A model generated the notes under the pieces. The model made no database searches and was not told the origin of the DNA. It saw only the letters and a list, made by a program, of their open reading frames with translations. A DNA stretch of 64,000 nucleotides. It comes from an uncultured delta proteobacterium. Lineage in GTDB: Bacteria > Desulfobacterota > Binatia > Binatales > Binataceae. The DNA lies in NCBI GenBank assembly GCA_963814715.1, contig CAWFDW010000002.1, positions 65,800 to 129,799 on the forward strand, given 5' to 3'. This document shows, in pieces, positions 21,771 through 32,523 of this stretch (positions are counted from its first letter, which is position 1; each line of letters opens with the position of its first letter). Position numbers and translations under genes: made by a program.

Positions 21771-21788
21771 GATTCGGCGAGCGCCGCG

Positions 21789-22869
21789 ATGCTCTACCTG
21801 CTGCTCTACCCGCTCCACAAATATTACTCCGGCTTCAATGCGCTCCGGTACGAGACTCTGCGTTCGGTGCTGGCGGGCCTGGCGGCGCTGGCGCTGTCGT
21901 TGGCTCTGGGACCCATTCTGATCGATCGATTCCGCGCGCTGCATATCGGTCAGACGATTCGCGACGTCGTTCCGCAGGCGCATCAGAAGAAAGCCGGCAC
22001 GCCGACGATGGGCGGCCTGCTGATCGTTGCGTCGATGCTCGCGGCGACGCTGCTGCTCGCCAACATCTTGAATCCTTACGTCTGGATCGCGATTTTCGTG
22101 ACCCTGACCTTCGGCGCGATCGGCTTCAGCGACGACTACTTCAAGCTCACCCGCGGCAAAGGCCTTGGCCTCAGCGGCCCGGCGAAATTGGTGTGGTCAT
22201 TTTCGTGCGCGTTCATCGCGGCGGCGTGGCTCTTTCTGTATCTCGGCTTCGACACGCATCTGACGGTGCCGTTTCTGAAAAACGTGCATCCCGATTTGCA
22301 CGCGTGGCTGTACATCCCGTTCGCGATGCTCGTGATCGTGGGATGCTCGCATGCGGTGAACCTGACTGATGGGCTCGACGGTCTCGCGATTGGACCCGTG
22401 ATGACCGTCGCGCTGACCTATTGGGTGTTCACCTACGTCGCCGGCAACATCAAGTTCGCCAGCTACCTGCAGATTCCGTACATCGCGAACGTCGGCGAGG
22501 TCGCGATTTTCTGCGTCGTCGATATTCGCCGCGTCGCTCGGCTTTCTGTGGTTCAACGCGTACCCCGCCTCGATGATGATGGGCGACGTCGGCGCGCTCG
22601 CGCTCGGCGGTGCGATCGGCACGGTCGCGGTGCTGTGCAAGCAGGAACTGGCGCTGGTACTTGCGGGCGGCGTGTTCGTCGCGGAAGCGGCGTCAACCAT
22701 CATTCAGCGCTACTATTTCAAGGCGACGCGCAAGCGATTTTTCCTGATGGCGCCGCTGCACCATCATTTCGAACTCAAAGGGATTCCCGAGACTGTCGTC
22801 GTGATCAGATTCTGGATCGTATCGATCGTGTGCGCGCTCGTCGCGCTGAGCACGTTGAAGCTGCGTTGA
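21789..22869 (+). CDS. mraY: Phospho-N-acetylmuramoyl-pentapeptide transferase MraY (frame break about 22512)
   Basis: [19 protein letters not shown] and [10 protein letters not shown] are present. [23 protein letters not shown] and [11 protein letters not shown] are in ORF 22573..22869. Confidence 0.95.
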
Positions 22870-22873
22870 ATCG

Positions 22874-24213
22874 ATGGAACTTTCGAACAAACGCGTGATG
22901 GTCGTGGGACTCGGAGTCAGCGGACTTGCCGCGGCGCGGTTCCTCGCCTCGCGCGGCGCGAAACTCGTGATGACCGATCGCCGTGTCGACATCGACCGCA
23001 GCAATCTGCCCGCTGGCGCAGTGAAGCTCGGCGCAGAAGATGCGAGCTGGCTCGACGATATCGAGCTGGTCGTCACCAGTCCGGGAGTACCCGCGCGATT
23101 CGATCCTGCTGGAGGCCGCGACCGAGCGCAAAATTCCAGTGATCGGAGAAATCGAGCTCGCGAGCCGATTCCTCGACGCGCCAATCGCCGCGATCACCGG
23201 CACCAACGGCAAGAGCACCGTCGTCGTGCTGCTCGGCGAGATTCTGAAAGCGTCGGGACGGCGCACTTTCGTCGGCGGCAACCTCGGCACGCCGCTGATC
23301 GACGCAGTTGACGGCAAATGGGACGTCGCAGTCGTCGAGGTGTCCAGCTTCCAACTCGAATGGATCGAGAAATTCCAGCCGAAGGCGGGCGTGCATCTCA
23401 ATCTGACCGACGATCACTTCGATCGCTACAAAGATCTCGACGACTACGGCAACGCGAAGGCGCGCTTGTTCGAAAATCAGCAAGCTTCGGATTACGCGAT
23501 TCTGAATCGCGACGATCCTAATGTATGGAAGCTCGCGAAGAGCGTGCGCTCCCGAGTGATCGGCTTCGGCCATGCGCGCGGCGAATCGGGCGCGTCGATC
23601 TGGTTCGACGAACCGGCAAACGCGATCGTTTACGATTTTGACTTCGACGACGCGCCTCGCGGACGAATCAATCTCGAAGGATTTCGACTGCGCGGGCGGC
23701 ACAACATCTCCAATGCGATGGCGGCGTCGGCAGCGGCGCTCGCACTCGGCGTCGAGGCCGATCAAATCGAACAGGCGCTCGCATCATTTCGCGGCCTGCC
23801 CCATCGAATCGAAGTCGTGCATGAACGCGGCGGCATAACTTATATCGACGACTCGAAAGGAACCAACGTCGGCGCGGTTGTCGAAGCGATCGACGCTCTC
23901 GCAGCGCCGATAATTCTGATCGCGGGCGGTCTCGACAAGGGCGGTGACTACGCGCCGCTGCGGCGCCCGCTCGAAGAAAAAGTAAAGCTCGCGATTTTCA
24001 ACGGCGCCGCGCGCGACAAGATGGCGGCGGCGCTCGAACGGTGCGACGAAAATAGAATCGGTGGCGACTCTCAAAGAAGCGGTCGAACATTCAGCGCGCG
24101 CGGCACGCCCGGGAGACACCGTCCTGCTGTCGCCGGCGTGCTCGAGCTTCGATCAATTCAAGGACTATGCGGAACGTGGGAACGTATTTAAAAAGCTGGT
24201 TCGGGCGCTTTGA
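22874..24213 (+). CDS. murD: UDP-N-acetylmuramoylalanine--D-glutamate ligase MurD (frame breaks about 23093 and 24045)
   Basis: [37 protein letters not shown] and [10 protein letters not shown] are present. Own translation of the third frame gives the C-terminus [30 protein letters not shown]-stop at 24213. Confidence 0.9.
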
Positions 24214-25316
24214 CGCGGTAAGTTACCGGCGTCCCGACCCGTGGCTGTGGCTGCCGGCGGCGGCGCTGCTGTTGCTCGGCCTGCTGATGGTGCTGAACAC
24301 GACGTACTTTCTCGGCATCGAGAAGCGCGGCGACGCGTTCCATTTTTTCAAGCTCCACCTCGCGCACATCGCGGTCGGCTTCGTGTTCCTGATGCTGCTG
24401 TCGCAATTCTCGCTGGCCGGTTTGCGCCGAATCGCGATACCGCTGTTCATCGCGTCGATCGCGATGCTCGCGCTGCTCTACGTGCCCGGTCTCGGACTGA
24501 TGAAAGGCGGCGCACGCCGATGGCTCCGGCTGGGCCCGATAGTCGCGGAGCCGTCGGAGCTGGTGAAATTCGCGCTGGTCTTTTTCCTCGCCGAGTTCCT
24601 GAGTAAGCGCCAGGCTCGAATCCGCGAGTTCAAGCACGGACCGCTATCGGTATTTCTGATCGTCGGGCCGATCACACTGCTCATCCTGAAGCAGCCGGAC
24701 TTCGGCAGCACCGTGATGATCGCGCTGATCCTGTTCGCGATGCTGTGGGCGGCGGGTGCGCGCTGGGAGCATCTCGCCGGCGCCGGCGGTGGCGCGCTCG
24801 GTATTGTTGGCGTTCCAGGCCGTCGCGAAATCGTATCGCATGAAGCGCATGACGACGTTCCTCGATCCGTGGTCAGTCGCGCGCGGCGCCGGATTCCAGC
24901 TCGTGCAATCGTTCATCGCGCTCGGCGAAGGCGGCAAGTGGGGCGTCGGTCTCGGCGCCGGACGCCAGAAAATGTTCTACTTGCCCGAGGCGCACACTGA
25001 TTTTGTTTTCGCAGTGGTTGGCGAGGAGTTCGGCTTGCTCGGCGCCGCAATCGTGATCTCGCTGTTCCTGGTGATCCTGTTTCGGGGGATGCGAATCGCG
25101 CACGACGAGCCCGATCCGTTCGCGAGCCTGCTCGCAGTTGGACTGACCGCGCTGCTTTCGATTCAAGCGTTGATCAACATGTCGGTGGTGATTGGATTGA
25201 TCCCGACCAAGGGATTGCCGCTGCCGTTCCTGAGTTACGGCGGCACTTCGATCATCATCGCGATGGCGGCGTTGGGCGCGCTACTGGCGCTCGGACGACG
25301 GCCGGCGGTGCGATGA
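24167..25316 (+). CDS. ftsW: Peptidoglycan glycosyltransferase / lipid II flippase FtsW (SEDS family), frame break about 24805
   Basis: Multi-TM protein with [43 protein letters not shown] and [12 protein letters not shown]. The start is uncertain (ATG 24167 overlaps murD). Confidence 0.9.
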
Positions 25317-26372
25317 AAGTGATAATCGCAGGCGGTGGAACTGGCGGTCATCTTTTTCCGGCGGTCGCGCTCGGCGAGGAGATGATTCGCGAGCGTCCCG
25401 ACATCGACGTGCTGTTCGTCGGCACCAGCGCGGGCCTCGAGGCGAAATGGTTGCCGAAGAGCGGCTACAAGTACGAGCTTTTCGAGATGCACGGAATTCG
25501 CGGACACAATGTGATCGAGCGCGCGCGCGCGTCGGTGGAATTCATTCGCGCGATCGCACTCGCGACGTCGCTCGTCAGGCGCTTTCGCCCGAGCCATCAT
25601 CGTGAGCGCGGGCGGATACGCGTCGGCGTCGATGGGCGCGGCGGCAATCCTGACGCGGACGCCGCTGGTCCTGATGGAGCAGAACACGCGCCCGGGTCTC
25701 GCGAATCGCATGATGGCGAGATTCGCGAAAAAAATCTGCGTCGGCTTCACCGACAGCGCCCCTTATTTCAGTTCTGCTAAAGTTGCGGTGACCGGAAATC
25801 CGACCCGCTTTCGATACCAGCCTGACCGATCGAGGCGGGAGGGTGATCAATTACAAATCCTTGTTTTAGGCGGTTCGTCCGGAGCGCATCGCCTGAATAT
25901 TGGTGTCGTAGGGGCTTTCAAAATCTATGGAAAAAGTGTTATAAATTTGCACGTAGTGCACCAGACTGGGGAGGCGGATGAGGAGTTGGTGAGGAGTGCA
26001 TATCGCGAGATCGGGTTCGCGGCTGAGGTCGTGCCGTTTATCGACGACATCGCCGCCGCGCTGCATCGCGCCGATCTGGTTATCGCGCGTTCAGGCGCGA
26101 TGACGGTCACCGACATTGCTCTTGGCGCGCGTGCTGCTATTTTCGTGCCGTATCCCTTCCACAAGGATCAGCAGCAAGTGCACAACGCACGCGTGCTCGA
26201 AAAACGTGGCGGGGCGATAATAGTTCGCGACGACGATCAGCTTGCACCGAACCTCGCGCGCGAACTCGAAGCGCTGATTCGGAATCCGGCGCGGCTGGAC
26301 GAGATGGGTATGCGCGCACATCAGGAGGCGCATCCGGACGCGGCTCGTCACGATCGCGAAAATTTGTTTTGA
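25313..26372 (+). CDS. murG: UDP-N-acetylglucosamine--N-acetylmuramyl-(pentapeptide) pyrophosphoryl-undecaprenol GlcNAc transferase MurG (frame break about 25600)
   Basis: IIAGGGTGGHLFPAVAL, GGYAS, VLGGSSGA, ARSGAMTVTDIA and DQQQVHNAR are present. Confidence 0.9.
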
Positions 26373-26393
26373 AGTTGCGGAGCGCGCGGCAGC

Positions 26394-27825
26394 ATGAGTG
26401 AACTGCACGCAAATGGTCTTTTGACCCGCCAACGGCGATTGCACTTCGTCGGAATCGGCGGCGCCGGCATGAGCGGAATCGCCGAGCTGTGCATCAAGCT
26501 CGGGATGCGCGTCAGCGGATGCGATCTTAAACCGTCGTCAGCTGTCACGCGGCTCGCGGAGCTCGGCGCGGAAATCAGCCAGGGGCATCATCCGGCGCAT
26601 CTGAAGGACGACGGCGGCATCGACGCGGTAGTGATCTCGTCGGCGATAAAGTTTTCCAATCCCGAAGTCGCGCGTGCCCGCGAAATGAAAATCCCGGTGA
26701 TCGCGCGAGCCGAGATGCTCGGCGAGTTGCTGCGGATGGCCAAGCTCGGCGTCGCGGTCGCCGGAACTCACGGCAAGACGACCACGACCGGCCTGATCGC
26801 GCTCATCATGGAAGAGGCGGACCTCGATCCCACCGTCGCGGTCGGCGGAAATATTCGCAACACCGGCACCAACGTCCGTCTCGGCCGCGGCGATTTCATG
26901 GTGGCCGAGGCCGACGAGAGCGACGCGTCGTTCCTGCTGCTGCTCCCGACCATCGCGGTGGTCACGAATATCGATCCGGAGCATCTCGATCATTACGGCA
27001 CGATGGATAAAGTTCGCGAGGCCTTCGCGGATTTTATCAATCGCGTACCGTTCTATGGCGTCGCGGTGCTCGGAATCGACAGCGTCAACGTGCGCGGGCT
27101 GATGGCGTCGATTCGCAAGCCGATGGTGACCTACGGCGTCGCGCAGGACGCGGATCTGCGCGCCGAGAAAATCGTGATCGACGGCCTCTCGACTCGCTTC
27201 GAGGTCGATACGCAACGGCGAGAATCTCGGCCGCGTGACGATACCGACGCCGGGCGTGCACGTTGCCCTGAATTCGCTCGCGGCAATCGCAGTCGCGATG
27301 GAAGTCGGAATCAGTTTCGATCGCGCGGCGGCGGCGCTCGCCAAGTTCGGCGGAATCAGCCGCCGGTTCGAAATCAAGGGCGAAGCCAATGGACGAATCG
27401 TGCTCGACGACTACGCGCACCATCCCGCCGAAGTGCGCGCGACGCTCGCCGCGGTGCGCGCGTCGTTCAAGCGCCGCGTGGTCGCAGTCTTTCAGCCGCA
27501 TCGGTACACGCGCCTGCGCGATTTGTTCGACGATTTCCTGTCGGCGTTCGACGATGCCGACGTGCTTTATCTCTTCGAGGTGTATCCCGCCGGCGAAGAA
27601 CCGATTGCCGACGTGTCTTCGCGCCGTCTTTACGAAGCGCTCCATGCTCGCGGTCATCTCGAAGTGCATTACCTGGGCGCCGAGGAAAATCCCGCCGCGC
27701 GAATCGCGGCTGGCTCGCGCTCCGGCGACGTGATCGCGACGTTGGGTGCGGGCGACATCTACAAGACGGGCGGCGAAATTCTGAACGCGCTCAGCGCCGA
27801 GGTCAAAGTTCATGAAGGCGCTTGA
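26394..27825 (+). CDS. murC: UDP-N-acetylmuramate--L-alanine ligase MurC (frame break about 27205)
   Basis: HFVGIGGAGMSGIAE, AGTHGKTTTT, AEADESDASF, DDYAHHPAEV and FQPHRYTR are present. Confidence 0.95.
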
Positions 27826-28715
27826 GGACGAGTTGCGCGCGAAATTCGGCGATCGCATCCGCGCGTCGATGCCGCTCGCCGATCTCACTTCATTCCGAAT
27901 CGGAGGACCCGGCGGACTTGTTCGTCAACGTCGAGAACGAAGCCGAGCTGATGCATGCGAAGGCCGCCGCGTATCGCGCGAGCGTGCCTTGCTTCTGCCT
28001 CGGCGCGGGGACCAATCTGCTCGTGAGCGATCGCGGGATGCGCGGGCTGGTCGTGCGGCTCGGCGACGGCTTCGCGACAATCAAAATCGACGACACCAAG
28101 GTCGTCGCGGGCGCCGGCGCCGCATTCGGTACGCTGGTCGAAGCAGTGGTCGATCGCGGTCTCGAAGGTCTCGAATTCGGCGAAGGTATTCCCGGCACGG
28201 TCGGCGGCGGATTGGTCATGAACGCGGGCGCATTCGGCGGTGAGATCGCGAAGGTCGTCACGCTGGTGCACGGCGTCACCGAAGCTGGCGAGGCGCTCGC
28301 GCTGACGAAGGACGACGTGAAGTTCGCGTACCGGCGCACCGACTTGCCGCAGCATTTCATAATCACGCGCGTCGATTTCGAGCTTGCGCACGGCGATCGC
28401 GAGCGACTGACGGCGCGAGTCGCGGAGTTGAAAGCGAAGCGCGCGTCGCGTCAGCCGCGCGGCGTCCCGAATGCCGGATCGATCTTCAAGAATCCGCCGG
28501 GTAACTTCGCCGGCAAGCTGCTCGAAGGCGCCGGTCTCAAGGGGACGCGGCTCGGCGGCGCGGCGTTTTCGGATCAGCATGCAAATTTTATTGTGAATCT
28601 TGGCGGCGCTCAGGCTGCCGAAGTGCTCGCGCTGATCGACATGGCGCGGGTCAAAGTGAAAGAGCAGAGCGGCGTCTTGCTCGAGCCGGAGGTCAGGTTG
28701 GTCGGCGACTGGTAA
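27812..28715 (+). CDS. murB: UDP-N-acetylenolpyruvoylglucosamine reductase MurB (frame break about 27905)
   Basis: TSFRIGGP, LGAGTNLLVSD, IPGTVGGGLVMNAGAFG, PNAGSIFKNP and EPEVRLVG are present. Confidence 0.9.
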
Positions 28716-28741
28716 CGCGTAATTTGTGTTGAGGTGGCGGG

Positions 28742-29536
28742 GTGGCGGTTCGCGGTGGAAATAAAGCGGTGGCGGGGTGGAGCGCGCGGATGGGCGGGCT
28801 GGTGGTGTGCGCATTTTTCGCGCTCGGCGTGATGACCGGATTCAGCACGGCCGGCCGCGCAGTGGCTCTCAGAGCCTCCGCGAGTCTCGGCTCATATCGC
28901 AATCAAACTGATCGATTCGCTCGCGCCCGCGCGCACGACCGCCGTCGAACTATTCCGCCGTGCTCGTCCAATGGGCGGGACGCGCCGGAATTTACCATCG
29001 CGCTGGACGCGGGCCCGGGCGCGGCCGAGATCTCGGCGGGAAATATGCGCGAAGGCGCAATCGCGATCGTCGAGCGTCGCGACGGCTTCTACGAACTGTT
29101 CAGCGGCGGCGAGCTGCGCGGTCCCGTCTCAGTCGGCAAGCAGGGTGACTTGCCGGTCCTGAGCGGCGACGCGCTCGACAACGCGCGCGGAACGCAGATG
29201 GTCGATTATGCCGCGGCGCTGGTGCGCGCCGAGACGCAATTGTCGGAAATTATTTCCGAGATGCACGTCGGCGACGACGGCACGGCGTCGCTGTTCCTCG
29301 AACGCGAGCGTACCGAGGTCGTGATCGATCTCGATCGCGCAACCTCCGAGATTCAACGCGCAATCAAAGTGCGCAAGCAATGGCAGGGCCGCGAGAACCT
29401 GATCGCCGCGCTGGATCTGACGACGCCGGGATTGGCGATCGTGCGCCTGCATGCGGTTGATAACAATCACTCGAAGCATAAGAGCGGGCTTCGTAAAGTT
29501 TCGTATCAGCCGGGCGGGGAGCCGGTGACGCGATGA
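28742..29536 (+). CDS. ftsQ: Cell division protein FtsQ-like (divergent; alternative start ATG 28790)
   Basis: The call rests on position between murB and ftsA, a single N-terminal TM ([17 protein letters not shown]) and a C-terminal beta-domain-like text ([30 protein letters not shown]). No clear POTRA signature is visible. Confidence 0.6.
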   Translation: MAVRGGNKAVAGWSARMGGLVVCAFFALGVMTGFSTAGRAVALRASASLGSYRNQTDRFARARAHDRRRTIPPCSSNGRDAPEFTIALDAGPGAAEISAGNMREGAIAIVERRDGFYELFSGGELRGPVSVGKQGDLPVLSGDALDNARGTQMVDYAAALVRAETQLSEIISEMHVGDDGTASLFLERERTEVVIDLDRATSEIQRAIKVRKQWQGRENLIAALDLTTPGLAIVRLHAVDNNHSKHKSGLRKVSYQPGGEPVTR

Positions 29537-30751
29537 GAAATCTGCTCACCGGGCTGGACGTCGGCACCAGCAAAGTTTGCGCGATCGTCGGCGAGTCGCT
29601 GCCCGACGGACAGTTGGCGACCCTCGGCTACGGAATCGCGCCATGCACCGGGCTGCGCAAGGGCGTCGTCGTCAATATCGAAGCGACCGTCGATGCGATC
29701 AAGGCGGCGGTCGAGGAGGCCGAGAAAACTTCCGGCGTGCGCGTCGGCTCGGTCGTGGTCGGCGTCGCGGGACCGCATATCAAGGGCCTCAACAGCCACG
29801 GGATCGTCGCGGTGCGCGGCGGCGAAGTCAGCGCGCGCGATGTCGATCGAGTGATCGACGCGGCGCGCGCGGTCGCAATCCCGCTCGATCGCCAGGTGCT
29901 GCATATTCTGCCGCAGCAGTTCGCCGTCGATGAACAGGAGGGCGTGCGCGAGCCCTACGGAATGGCGGGTGTGCGCCTCGAGGCGCGCATCCATATCATC
30001 ACCGCCGCGCAGAGCTACGGCCAGAATCTCACCAAGTGCTGCGAGCGCGCCGGCGTGACGCCGTCCGAGATGGTTTTCCAGCCGCTGGCGTCGGCCGATG
30101 CGGCGCTGTTTCCCGAGGAACGCGAGCTCGGCGTCGCGCTGATCGACGTTGGCGGCGGCACTACCGACATCATCGTGTTTCACGGCGGCGCGGTGATGCA
30201 TACCGCGGTGCTGCCGATTGGCGGCAATCATCTCACCAGCGATATCGCCGCCGGATTGCGCACTCCGATTTCCGACGCCGAGCAGCTCAAGATCACTTTC
30301 GGCATCGCGACCAACCAGGTCGTGCGCCGTGACGAGACGGTGCAGGTGCCGGGTGTCGGCGGACGCGAGCCGCGCGTGATCGCGCGCCGGCTGCTCGGTG
30401 AAATCATCGAGCCGCGGATGGAAGAGATTTTCACGATGGTGCAGCGCGAGCTGCTGCGCTCGGGCGTGTCGGACGGCCTCGCGTCGGGCATCGTGCTGGT
30501 CGGCGGAACCTCGCTGCTCGAGGGCACGCAGGAACTGGCCGAGCGAATCTTCGGCGTGCCGGTGCGGCGCGGACTTCCGATCAATCTGAAAGGACTGCCC
30601 GAAGAACTGATGAAGCCGATGTACACGACGGCGGCAGGCTTGCTGCTTGCATCAGAGCGCGGCGGGCGGAATTGGCAATGGAGTTGGAAAAGCGGGCCGC
30701 CTGGAACGGCTGCGCTCGCGATTAGGCGATTGGGTGAGGGACTTCTTTTGA
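29533..30751 (+). CDS. ftsA: Cell division protein FtsA (frame break about 30655)
   Basis: [25 protein letters not shown] and [11 protein letters not shown] are present. Own translation of the +1 frame after about 30655 gives [21 protein letters not shown]-stop (30749-30751), the canonical amphipathic membrane-targeting helix. Confidence 0.95.
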
Positions 30752-30819
30752 GAAGTCGCCGGAACAAGAAATTAAATGGGCAACAAACTTTGCCGGTAGG
30801 TGGCGTAGGAGGATCTGTG

Positions 30820-32101
30820 ATGATTGAGTTGGTGAGTAATCCCGACCCGGGCGCGAGGATAAAGGTAATCGGTGCAGGTGGATGCGGCGGCAATGCGGTC
30901 AACCACATGATCAACGTGGGACTGCGCAACGTCGATTTCATCGCCGTCAATACCGACATCCAGGCGCTGCAAAATAATCATGCGCCACTGCGCATGCAGA
31001 TCGGCGACGAGATCACGCGCGGTCGCGGCACCGGCGGCAATCCTGAAATCGGACGCAAGGCCGCGCTCGAAGACGAAGAGCGAATTCGCGAAATCCTGTC
31101 GGAAGCCGAGATGGTGTTCGTCACCGCCGGGATGGGCGGCGGCACCGGAACCGGCTCTGCCCCAGTGATTGCGCGTATCGCGCGCGAGCTCGGTGCGCTG
31201 ACCGTCGGCGTCGTCACCAAGCCGTTCCAGTTCGAAGGACGCCGCCGCATGTCGCAGGCCGAAGAAGGACTGCGCGAGCTGAAGAACGCGGTCGATACGC
31301 TGATCACGATTCCCAATCAGCGCCTGCTCTCGGTCGCGAGCAAGAACACGTCGCTCAAGGAATCGTTCCAGAAAGCCGACGACGTGCTGCTGCAGGCGGT
31401 GCGCGGAATCTCCGAGCTGGTCACGGTTCACGGGTTGATCAACCTCGATTTCGCCGACGTGCGATCGATCATGGCCGAGATGGGCATGGCGATGATGGGC
31501 GCGGCCACCGCGTCGGGCGAGAATCGCGCGGTCGAGGCGGCGCAGCGCGCGATTTCGAGTCCGCTGCTCGAGGACGTTTCGATCAAGGGCGCGCGCGGCC
31601 TGCTGATCAACGTGACCGGCGGCTCGGACATGGCGCTGTACGAAGTGAACGAGGCGGCCAGCCTGATCCAGGAAGAGGCGCACGAGGACGCGAACATCAT
31701 TTTCGGCGCGGTGATCGACGACGCGATGTCCGACGAGATTCGCGTCACGGTGATCGCGACCGGCTTCGGCGATCTCGACCGAACTCTCGTCGCGCTACTC
31801 GCCCTCCGGCGCTCCGGTGACGACGCCGATCGCGGCGGCCGCGACCCGGCCGGTCGATCCGATGGAGGTCAAGCAGCCGGCGCCCGCCGCACAGCCAGGG
31901 CAGGTCCGGATGTTCCCCGGCAACAAGCCGGTGCGCCGGATGGGCCTGGTCGTCGACGACAGCACGCTCGACATCCCGGCCTTCAGACGCCGCGGCGAAG
32001 ATGCGGGCCTGGCGGAAGGCGAAAAGCTCGAGCCAAACTCGCTGCTCGACGGCGACGACAAACTCGACATCCCAACCTTCCTGCGCAAGCATCTGGATTA
32101 G
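30820..32101 (+). CDS. ftsZ: Cell division GTPase FtsZ (frame break about 31775 in the linker)
   Basis: AGGAGGA RBS lies at 30806-30812. Motifs are [22 protein letters not shown] (tubulin signature) and NLDFADV. The C-terminal peptide [11 protein letters not shown]-stop is in ORF 31817..32101. Confidence 0.97.
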
Positions 32102-32126
32102 CGGAACCTGCGCGAATAAATGCGAT

Positions 32127-32160
32127 GCCGGAGTCCGAAAGGGCTCCGGCGTGAATTTCC
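32127..32160 (+). terminator. Possible ftsZ terminator hairpin (weak)
   Basis: GCCGGAG-TCCGAAAGGG-CTCCGGC, followed by GTGAATTTCC (only a short T run). Confidence 0.3.
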
Positions 32161-32362
32161 AATAACCTCCCCTTGTCCGAGGAGAGGTCGCCGCGCGCCG
32201 TAGGAGCGCGGCGGGAGAGGTACAACGCCCGACACCCCACGGCCTCGACTCGTCTAACCGCAATGCAAATCGCAAGTCCCGACCGCTCCGTGCGGCGATC
32301 TCCATACCCTCTCCAAGAAGACATGAGCCAGCTGCGTTCCCTCCGCAGGGAAAGGTACGAGT

Positions 32363-32523
32363 CGGGATTCTTCGCTGCGCGCTGAAAGGCGCAAGAACTG
32401 AACGACACAAAAGAAAAAGAACCTGAGAGCAAAATGGCGTCCTCGCCATTTTGCGATTAGTACTGGTGGAGCCTGTCGAGCGAAGCCGAGAGGTCACCCC
32501 TGCCGCCCGCCGCGCAGGCGATT
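32363..32523 (-). repeat. Composite intergenic repeat, copy L (modules: AATCGCCTGCGCGGCGGGCGGCAGGGGTGACC / AAAATGGCGAGGACGCCATTTT hairpin / GCGCAGCGAAGAATCCCG)
   Basis: The reverse complement aligns module by module with 38389-38544. That includes an identical 32-nt block and an almost identical stretch of about 50 nt, AGTACTAATCGCAAAATGGCGAGGACGCC.TTTTGCTCT.AGGTTCTTTT. Confidence 0.85.

Noticed and set aside
29533-32154. An 873-aa ORF that reads as a single FtsA-FtsZ fusion protein
   Set aside because: The +1 frame after about 30655 gives the canonical FtsA C-terminal amphipathic helix ([13 protein letters not shown]) and a stop at 30751. A strong AGGAGGA RBS and an ATG (30820) precede the FtsZ domain. 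The in-frame bridge ([37 protein letters not shown]...) has no protein-like character. The fusion is an artefact of one indel plus a chance open frame across the intergenic gap.
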